DNA of 64,000 nt from Mantamonas sphyraenae STR306 (taxonomy: Eukaryota; Protista; CRuMs): positions 1-64,000 of the forward strand of contig JAPMXV010000036.1 of the NCBI GenBank assembly GCA_026936335.1. The letters run 5' to 3'. This document shows, piece after piece, positions 47,706 to 57,300 of the stretch; position 1 is the stretch's first letter; each line of letters begins with the position of its first letter. Position numbers and translations under genes: made by a program. The notes beneath the pieces are model-generated. The model was not told the DNA's origin, made no database searches, and saw only the letters and a program-made list of their open reading frames with translations.

Positions 47706-48927
47706 TCATTTGCGGGTGACAAACTCGTCCAACATCTGGCGTGTGGGTTTGAAGCCCAGTTGATCTTGCACAGCGCAAGTAATGGCCTCCCTCAGCTCTG
47801 TGTGCACCTTTGTCTGCACTCTGTGTTCGGCGCAGCAGCGACACCAAAATGGACACACGCTGCAACGCCCAGGCGTGCTCCTCTGGATTCTCCATGTCAT
47901 GCCACACGATGTGTGCCCCCAAGCGGACGAGCACGCCAGCCTCATGGGCAGCCCATTGGTCAAAGAGACGCCCAATGAGAGGATGGCCACGTGGGTGAGC
48001 TACGACGAGAGCAAACAGGGCATCCACCACACCCAGAACCCTATCCGAGTCAGAATGGAGGTCTGCCAACTTGTTGCGGACATTTCCATCGACCATGAGG
48101 CGGGCAAGGAATGGAGCGGACACGGGAAGCTGTTCACACAAGCAATCCAGAAGCTCATCGGGATCGGCCAGGTCAGTCACAGCTGTGTCCACGCCATGGA
48201 GAAGAGTCACGTCACAGATGGCAGCCATGGCGCAGTGGTGCACCCACTCTGTGGACGGTTGGCCAAGCTGGGACACGGCAAGCGACACCAGCGACGGCGC
48301 CATCGTCTCGTCACGCATGGCCCACAGCAACCAAGTGCGAAACACCTGGGACATGAGCATGGATGTGTCCTGCTGGATACACGCTGGCCACGAGGCCAAT
48401 GCGACCAATATCTCTCGTGCCGATGTCGGGATCGGTTTGCTCGAAACCCGCTGCGCTGCAAAGGACAATGCCTGCAACATCCTCAACGTGGCCAAGGCCG
48501 ACGACTGCCTCTCCTTCCACGCACGTACGACAGTGTCGCAGAACTCGGATGTGCTGTGGCTGCATTGCACCTGCAAGGCGTACATCCATTCCATCACAAG
48601 AGAATCGGCACTGGTCGCACCCGTCATATCAGTTCCTGACTCAACTTCCAATCCCACTTTCCCTCCACCGCCTCGCCAAACCAACCTCTCCTCGCTCAAC
48701 ACCAACACCTTGGTTGCAATTGCGCTGTTCAAACAGTTGCGTTCGCGCTCGTCGATCTCCACATACGACAGGTGCTGCAGCAGGAGTGGCGTGGCGACGC
48801 AGGAAGCACCTTCCTCCTCCGAGTCCTGCACATATCCCACCATTGTCTCGACGTTGGGTTTGGATGCCTCCACAACATCCACGTGGCCAGCACGAGCGTG
48901 TGCAAGCAATGTCAGCATGGCAATCAT
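47706..48927 (-). CDS. Helical (HEAT-like) protein, weakly resembling the condensin CAP-G C-terminal region; probable +1 frame break near 47820-47850
   Basis: 444-aa ORF rich in amphipathic helices (AMAAICDVTLLHG). The uninterrupted frame overlaps CHMP5 by 94 nt and ends in non-protein-like sequence. The +1 frame gives VQTKVHTELREAITCAVQDQLG...TRK* ending 19 bp before CHMP5. The CAP-G resemblance is tentative. Confidence 0.55.
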
Positions 48928-48939
48928 CTTTGCTTTTGA

Positions 48940-49925
48940 ATGCGCTGCGCACTTCCGAGCAACCCTTTTCCCGCCGCCATTTCCTTTTCCAGACCTAATC
49001 TCGCCCTCGTGGTCGCCCTATTGGCCTTGGCGGCCACTGTAGGTGCGAGCAGAGCTTCCGAGGGTGACACAAACGTCCAGTACGAGGTGGACCGCCAATC
49101 CTGCACGTGTGATTGCTGGGACGGCAAGTTCAAGCTGGGGTACAATCGAAAGAGCCCCAACGGCTCGGAGTGGAAGTACATCTACTTTCAGTTGGAGGAA
49201 GGCTCCCTCTACCTCCTCCTGTGGCTCTGGTGGGGCCTGTACCTCATCCAAAAGGCAGTGGGAGGACTGCTTTACCGCTTGGCCACCGCCCCACGCACTG
49301 TACGCTGGCCAGCAGCCATTGGCATGCTCTCCACAGCATGGGGAGGATTCTACGGCTGGTGGGCTCTCTTCACATACGTCAATGACCAGGTGAGTGCCGT
49401 GTGTGAGAGCAGGCGACGCTCGCATGTCACCGGCCGTTGTCGGCACAGACTTCTCACACAGGGCATATGCGTGCTCGTTGTCCCGTGCCCCACCCTCCCT
49501 CCACACAGTTTTATGGACTCTTCTTCACCCAGGCCTTGTTCACCATCACCGAGATGGCACAGACAGTCCTCTTCCACCTGGAAGTCGACGCGACCAAACC
49601 CCTCGAGTTCAACCGCATGTGGCCTCGTGTTTCCATTGCCATCTGGCACATCATCCAGGGAGGTCTCAACGAGTCCTTCCGTAACATGTTCAACAATACC
49701 TACAGCTGGCACCGCAACATTCGCGATCTCGCCTTCATCCTCACCGACTTTCTCATGGTTGCTGTCACCCTGTACGAATTGCGCAACAACTACGGCCGCG
49801 GATGGACACGTGACCTCCAAATGCGCACGGCAAAGCGTGTCATCGCCCTCGTGGTCGCCTTTATGGTCGTTTTCAACTTTGTCCTCATGCTCCGCCCGGC
49901 CGAATCCTTCATGATCACACAATAG
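48940..49925 (+). CDS. Uncharacterised multi-pass membrane protein with CTCDCWD motif (~288 aa); exons 48940-49389, 49509-49925
   Basis: Hydrophobic leader, VDRQSCTCDCWDGKFK, ~6 TM segments; intron 49390-49508 (GTGAGT...CACAG) in phase 0. Confidence 0.8.
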
Positions 49926-50153
49926 AGCAAGCCATGTTTGCCAACACGACGAATCTCGCCTCTTGCCCCGACCACATCCCGTGTGTGTGTGCATCCTCAT
50001 CCCGCTTGAGCCGTGGTCCACAATCATCCCTCCCGTTCCACACATCCCGCATCACTCCACGCTGCCTGAACCCCAAAGACATCTTCACACTGATCAAAAC
50101 ACCGTTGTGCTCACTCTGGACCCCCTCGCACCCACAACACACTGCACACTGGA

Positions 50154-50247
50154 GGCGGGAACTTTTGGCGCCAAATTGGCGCCAAACGCACCACGCCTTC
50201 AGCTTCCAGCCGCTGCGCTTCCGTCGCCTGCATTGCACCAACCCAAT
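50154..50247. promoter_or_regulatory. Cluster of E2F-like sites plus CCAAT box upstream of CDT2
   Basis: GGCGGGAA (50154-50161), perfect palindrome TTTGGCGCCAAA (50164-50175), TTGGCGCCAAA (50176-50186) and CCAAT (50243-50247), all in the largest intergenic gap of the window. Confidence 0.65.
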
Positions 50248-50357
50248 CAGCACGCCCCACACCGCCCCTTGGACTGTGACGCACGCTGCACCCCGCAACC
50301 TGCACCCGACTGTTCTCTGGCCCCTTCACACAAGTGACAAACGCGAAGGAGCGAAAA

Positions 50358-52580
50358 ATGACTTCGCGACGCGGCCACGTCCATACAGGTCTCTCCACAG
50401 TCAACCTGTCTGCGTATGGGCCCAACGCGATGGTACTCAGCACTCCCGCACGCAATTATCTCAACGAAAACAAGGTGACGCCCTCGTCGTCCGTGTGGCA
50501 CTGGCACGACACCCCCACAGGGCCTGATCGCTCCGCCAAGATCCGATCTACCCCGGCCTCGGACGGTTCCATGCCGGCCTCCGTGGAATCCTCCTCCTCT
50601 GCCATGGACACAGATGACCTCGTGCGTGGCCACAGCACTCTTCACAGCACCCAAACCCAACACCCCGACGAGTCCGCGCGGGTGATCATGCGCAGCGTGC
50701 TCGGTCGCGAAATTGGCCTCGGTAGACGCAGTACGTGACTCCATTGCCTTTTCTCCACACCCACCCTGTGCCCCAATATACTCACACGCCGTCTGTGCCA
50801 TGTACACTCACTCTGCATGCCTCTACACAGCGCTGCCGCGCGTCGACTACGCTCGCGACATGACACTGTTGCGCTCGTTCGAGTTTTTCACCAACGACTG
50901 GACGATTGTGCCTATGTACGACGTCCGGTTCTGCAACCACGTGCACGGCGGATCCCTGCTTGCCAGTACAGACGAGGAGGGTTACCTGCGCATCGTCGAC
51001 ACCGCCACGCCCAAGATCCCGAGTTTTACGACGACGGCAACCTGCGCATGCGGCTCATGACACACTCCAACGCCATCTTCGAATGTGCCTGGCGTTCAGA
51101 CGATGCAGTGCTCGCCACAGCGGCAGGGGATCAGACTGTGCGTTTGTGGGACATCGAGTCCCAAGCACAGCTCCACGTCCTTCACGGTCACTACGGCAGC
51201 GTCAAGTCGGTGCGCTTCCGCCCACAATCGCTTTACGAGCTTGCATCGTGTGGCCGTGACGGCTCCGCCATGCTCTACGACACACGCGTGCGTGCTGCCG
51301 AGGATGGCGACTCAAACACCCGCGGGAGCGTCGCCTGTCTTGTCGGCATCCACGACATCCACGGCTCGGGCGCCACACGCCGTCGCTCACGACAGAAGCG
51401 TGGCATGCAGCGCCAGTATGCACCCACACAGAACCGCACTGTGACGTCCCTCGTCTTTGTCGACGAACACACCTTGGTCACGTGCGGCTCTGCAGACGGC
51501 CTCGTCAAGTACTGGGACGTGCGCATCAACAGACTGTCCAACAATCGCAACAGCCCGTCGCGTACAGACCACGCCAAGCCCCTCATGGTCCTGAACAACC
51601 TCCAGGCCCTCGAACAGCGCCGCTTCGGTCTCGTCTCCATGGCCATCGACCGCGCCGCCTCGCGCATCATCGTCAACTGTAAAAACAACATCTTGTACAT
51701 GTTTGACGCCCTCAACCCGCTCACGCGGCCCGTGCGTCGCTTTGCCGGCCACCATATCGACTCCTTCTACGTCAAGGCCGACTTTAGCAGCGACGGCCGA
51801 TACCTGCTCTCGGGCTCCTCCGACGGCGGCCTGTACATGTGGGACACAGATGAACAGGATGTGTCGGCGGATGCGGAGCAAGCCCCCTGCATGATGCTTC
51901 CTGGTCACGCACGCGAGGTCAATGGCGTCGCGTGGAACAACACTGGCCTTCCTCTCCTCGCCTCCACTGCAGACGACTGCACCGTCGGCGTGTGGCACAT
52001 GGACACTCGAAGGCGCTCCATGCGACACGACGACACAAGCCACTCTGAAAGCACAGCTGACTCGTGGCAGCAGCGCCTTGCCTCTCTCCTTCCTTTGCAT
52101 CACGCCTCTCCCACACAAGAGCAGCAGAGTGCCACCGACCACAGCAGCCCGGAAACGTCTCGCAAGCGACCTCGTCACCTTCTCGAGGAGACTGTGGACG
52201 AGAGCGAGGAGCAGGACGAGCAGGAAGAGTCGACGCGTCGCTTCAATTCTCGCTCGCACAGCAGACTCCAGGGCTTGCTAGACACTCTGCACAACGACGA
52301 AACAGACCCCATCGACATTCAAGATACCCAAGAGCAGTTGCAATGCGACACAGTTGTCCTCGACGATGACGATGACGATGACGAGTTTGACGAAAACGAC
52401 GAGCCGATTTCCTCTCTGTACGGCGCTCCCACCAAGCGTGCTCGTCGCGAGCTCGACTACGGAAGCAGCACCACCTCTTCCTCTTCTTCCTCCTCCTCCC
52501 CCTCCTCCTCCTCCTCAACAAGACAGGCGTCCATCCGCTCGTTCCTCCAGGTCAAACCCGGCGACAATGAGCAAAAATGA
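50358..52580 (+). CDS. DTL: CDT2/DTL WD40 substrate receptor of CRL4 (~707 aa); exons 50358-50730, 50831-52580, with a one-base frame break at ~51001-51030
   Basis: LLASTDEEGYLRIVDT in one frame continues as HSNAIFECAW, ATAAGDQTVRLWD, GHYGSVKSV, SCGRDG, SFYVKA, YLLSGSSDG in the -1 frame. C-terminal PIP-like QASIRSFL. Spliced length 2123 nt = 3n-1. Confidence 0.9.
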
Positions 52581-54309
52581 GGCCACCATCCGCCTCACCA
52601 ATGAAGAACAAGATCTCTTTGATTTCCTCATGCAGGTCGTGCGGAATCTCGAGGAAAACCAGAAGCCCGTGGTCCTCCGTGTCGCTGGCGGCTGGGTGCG
52701 CGACAAGGTGAGTGTTGCATCTCCCTCCCGCGCCTCCCGTTGGCTAACCACGACCCCCTGCCCGTCACACCACCGCCCCTCTTAGCTTCTTGGACGCGAA
52801 TCCCACGACATCGATGTTGCGCTTGATACGATGATGGGCTCCGAGTTTGCGGAGCACTTGAACGCGTGGAGCAGCGAAAAGGGCCTGGGCAAGCACAAAG
52901 TGGGCATCATTGCATCCAATCCTGAGCAGAGCAAACATCTCGAGACGGCCACTGTGCGTGTGTTTGGCATCGACCTTGACTTTGTCAACCTGCGCTCGGA
53001 AACCTACTCGGAAGACAAACGCATCCCTCAGATTGAATTTGGCACGCCTGAAGAAGATGCGTTTCGCCGTGACCTCACCATCAACGCCATGTTTTACAAT
53101 ATCAACGAGGGCAAGGTGGAAGACTATACTGGGCGTGGCCTCGACGACCTGCGCAATGGCATTGTTTGCACTCCGCTCGAACCCAAGCAGACCTTCCTGG
53201 ACGACCCGCTCCGTGTCCTCCGCACCATCCGTTTCGCTCACCGCTACCAGTTTAAAGTCGATCATGCTGTCAGCGAGTGTATGAAGGACACTGATGTCCA
53301 GCAGGCCCTCATGACCAAGGTCAGCCGTGAGCGTGTCGGCGCGGAACTTCTGGGAATGTTCAAAGCCAAAAATCCCTGGAAAGCAATCCTTATGCTGCAT
53401 GATCATGGACTTGCACGCGCCGTCCTTAACCCCCCGGACCTCAAAGGCGTGGATCAAGTCGTCCAGGTGGAGGATCCGATTGAGCTCCTCGAATACGGCC
53501 TCGACTTCATCCATGAGGTCATGTTCTTTACCGGTATGCTTCCGTCCATGCTTCCTTCCAGCTTCCCCGAAGGGGAACCGAACCTCGCCCCCCTTGCGTG
53601 CTATCTTATGCCATGGCATCCTCTCGTGCAGAAGGACGCCAAGAAGAAGATTCGCCCGCTCACTCTCCTTGTCTGCCTCGAGCAGCTCAAGTTGTCCCGC
53701 CATCAAAGCGAAGCCGTCCTGTCTGTGCAAAACAACGTGGCACTCTGGGCCAAGGTTCTTCTACGCAGCACCGAGCCTGTCCTTTGGTGGCTCCAAGAGC
53801 GGTTGAATGGCACGGAAATTTGTGAAACAGATGCTTCCATTGACATCACCGACACAGATGCTGCCATTGAACTCCTCCAAGCTGTACGACAGAGCGGGAA
53901 AGACTGGAGCGACACGTTGCAACTTGCGTCAAGCTTCTTCTCCATTGAAGATACGGACGAGAGCTTGAGTTTCCTTCTGGTCGACGACAAAGCAGACAAA
54001 GCGTTGGACGTCGCCCCGCTCATGAACGGCAAAGACCTATGCAAAGCCCTTGATGTTAAACCGGGTCCCATCATTGGCGTCCTCAACGAGTATCAGGAGA
54101 AATTCCAGCTCCGCTGCATTGTCAACGACGAGCCTTGCGACGTCGACACCCTGCTCTCCTATCTGCAGGAAAACCTGGAGGAGATCCAAGAAAACACCCC
54201 ACAGTTCCGCAGTGCGGGCAAGAAAGGGAAAAAGGGCAAGAAACAAGCAGAGAGCCAGGGCAGCAACTCCTCCTCCAAAGTTGCAGACCCGATGACGCTC
54301 GACGAATGA
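52567..54309 (+). CDS. CCA1: CCA tRNA nucleotidyltransferase (class II, ~554 aa); exons 52567-52707, 52786-54309
   Basis: LRVAGGWVRDK|LLGRESHDIDVAL, DFVNLRSETY, EDAFRRDLTINAMFYN, DDPLRVLRTIRFA, KVSRERVGAE; intron 52708-52785 (GTGAGT...GCTAAC...TTAG). Confidence 0.95.
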
Positions 54310-54370
54310 AAGTCATCCAACATCACAAACTCTTCTTGTGTGCATCCATTCATTCCATGTCCTTCGCAAA

Positions 54371-57300
54371 TCACTCGTACTCTCCGCTGAGAAACAGTGC
54401 CGTGCCGCTGAGGATCCAGTGCTGGCCGTCCGACTCGTGGCATGGCAACACCAGCTCGGTGACAAACTTGTCCCTCGTGCCTACCTCGTACACAGGAGTG
54501 GGCACGCTCTCGCTGGCTCGGTACGGTCCCTCCTGGCCCTTGGTGATAAACGCCACTGTGCACTCGCGCACGGGCTGGTATGTGGGCGCACTCTGGCCTG
54601 CAGACGTCAGCCGCACGCCGTCAAACTCGCATCCCTGCAGCACCAATCCAGTCAGCTGCGCAGTCACAGCCTGGCTGTTGAGGTCCGATGTGCCCCACGA
54701 GCACACCAGTTTCAACTGGTCCAGCGCCGTCTTTGTCTTGCGCGCCGTCTCCTGTCGCACAGCGTTCAGAAAGGTCGCAGGACGGAACAGTTCACTCAGA
54801 TCCACAGGAGATCGCAGCAGCTGAGTGCGACGTGCATACCAACTCTGCACAGCCACGGCTCGCTTGCCAATCGCACGCAGGTACTTGTACGGATCTTCGG
54901 GCCCTTCCCACATCGACTCCCACTCTGCCGGCACCTGGTTGCGCATCAGCGTGTTGGCCAGCTCCAGCGTCGTCGGCGTGATCAGCGCAACGCCTTGGAT
55001 CACCTTGCTGATCGAGCGCAGGCCTTCCTCCACCGTGCCCATCAGCTTCTCTGCGTTCAGGCATTCCATCTCCACAAACGTCTCCACAGGCATTGCACTG
55101 CTGCTGTCGTTGCCGCTGCCAAACTGTGCGCTTGACGAGGACCTGCGCAGCGACATCGGCGACGCCGGCCCCGACGACGAGGACGACGACGAGGACGACG
55201 ATGCACTCGACGACGATGAGCCACTTGCCTGTGTGTACATGCCATGCAGTTTGTCCCACACCACCAGCAGCGGGCCAAGCACACTGTTCCACTGCTCGCG
55301 GTCAAAGCGACCCTGCGCGCTGGTCGTAAAGGTCAGCGCCTTGAGCTGGTTGATGATGCGCGCAGACCCTGCACGCTGCACGCTGCGGTCGATGTTTGGA
55401 GGCAACGAAAACAGCTCAGCCGAGTCCGAGTCGGGCAGCCGTTTGATCAACGCAAGGTAGTCCGAATGGGCCACCGAGTTGGGCAACTCGATGCCAGGTG
55501 CAAGCTGCCGCGTGGGCATTCCGTTGACGTTGACCATGTCGTTGTTAAAGTAGCTTTCCAGGTACGTGCGCAGCACGCGGATGTCGTATGCGTTGTCGAT
55601 GCGACCGCCGTAGATTGCGTTCTCCAGCAGACCACGCACTGTGACCCACTGCGGCGCAGCTTGCTTTTGCATCGCCTGCGCAATCACCGTGTCCACCACA
55701 TTCACCGCCGTGCGCAAGTCTGCGTTTGTAAACTCGTAAAACTTGCTCCAGCCCTGCGGGATAAACGTGCGCCGCTCCTGCAGCACCGCATGCAACCACG
55801 CGAGCACAAACAGGATCTGTGCACGCATCACAGAGCCTCGCCCAAGCATCTCGCTGTCCCACAGCTCGTATGTGCGCTGCAGGTTCTTCTTGATACCCGG
55901 AGGCGCTTCGTACGTCGTCTTGATCGACGAACGCAGCAGAATCTGCGGGAACTTGGAGTGCACCTCGGTCGTCAGCCACAGGCGGAAGTTGTCGTGCGGC
56001 GACAGCTGGTTCACCTCCTTCTCCAGCGTTGTCAGCCAACCCGTCACAAGATGGACGTTCTTCAGGCACAGCCACTCGCCGTTCATCGCACACTGACGCA
56101 ACAGACCCAGCGCAATCTCGCTTTGGCCTTGACCCATCGCAACCTCGTGGTATCCTCCTGCTGCCCCAGCCGCAATCATTTCGTTTGCAAGCTCGCTCAA
56201 CTCGCTCGTCGGATCCGCACCGGGTGACCCAATGATGAGAATCGGCTCTGTGCACAGTGTTTCCGGAAGCAGCTTCTCCAGCAGCATCGACGGCGGCGAC
56301 AGCGTGCTCACGCGCAGCATCTTGCACGCACACAGGTGCATTGCACTCTGAAGCCTGTCCGGACGCAGCGCCTGCACAACGAGCACCTGTTGGAACGGCG
56401 TCAGCTTGTTGGCCACGCCCGATGGGAACTCAGACTCGCACTGTCCGCTGCGCGCCCATCGTGACCACATGTCTCCGTTGTCCAGCTGCAGACCGTTCAC
56501 AAGCGCAGGCTGCGAGCTCGCAAGCGCCGCAAACGACGCAGCACGGTCTTGCGACGCCCATGCAGGTAGACGTGCACCTGCAGACGACGACCGGCCGACA
56601 GAGACGACGCAGAAGCAGACCCTGCCGCCGCTGCACTCTTGCCCGTAAACAGCTCCCACTCACTCTCGCCAAACGCCTGCGGCATCATGCCGTGCATGAG
56701 ATGCAGACCCCACGTCATGCGATCGGCCTTGAATTGCGAACGCGACACGTGATACAGCACCTGCTTCAGCAGCGTGCGTTCCACAGCCTTGATGCGCAGA
56801 TCCAGGTCGTCGCCTTCCTTCTCCGTCGCCAGTGCAAAGTCAAACAGACGCAAGAAGTGCTTCAGCGAGAACTGGTACATCGAGTTCACCAGCTCCTGGT
56901 CGCGCATCAGGAAAAACAACCGCGAGCCCGTCTTGGCCACAGGCCTGTAAGCCTCGCGCTGCTCGTCCAACGACCGCGTCAGCTTGATGCTTGCTTCCAG
57001 CGCCTCACTGATCGTCAGGCTCTTGGCCTTCGTCTCGTTCAGCGAGTTGATCACCGTTTCGTCCTCGAGAATGTTGCCGCCCTTGGCCAAATCCTCCAGG
57101 AGCTTCTTCTCCAGGCTTGCCAGCTCCATTTTTTGCTCCTCCTCCGCACGCAGCAGTTCGCTCTTCTGCTGCTCCAGCTCAGGCTGTTCGTGGCGGATGG
57201 TCAACCCCAGCAGCTGGCCCTCGAGACCCGAGCGTGTCACCGTAAAGTTCACCTGAGACAGCAACGGCTTGCAGTCGGGTGTAATCAGAGGCGCCGGGTT

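Noticed and set aside
56578-56636. Possible 59-nt intron (GTGCAG...CTGCAG) explaining the second DYNC2H1 break
   Set aside because: The donor lacks the +5 G seen in all 24 other introns, there is no CTNAC branch point, and the content looks like this genome's typical Ser/Ala coding linkers. It is not fully excluded without RNA data.
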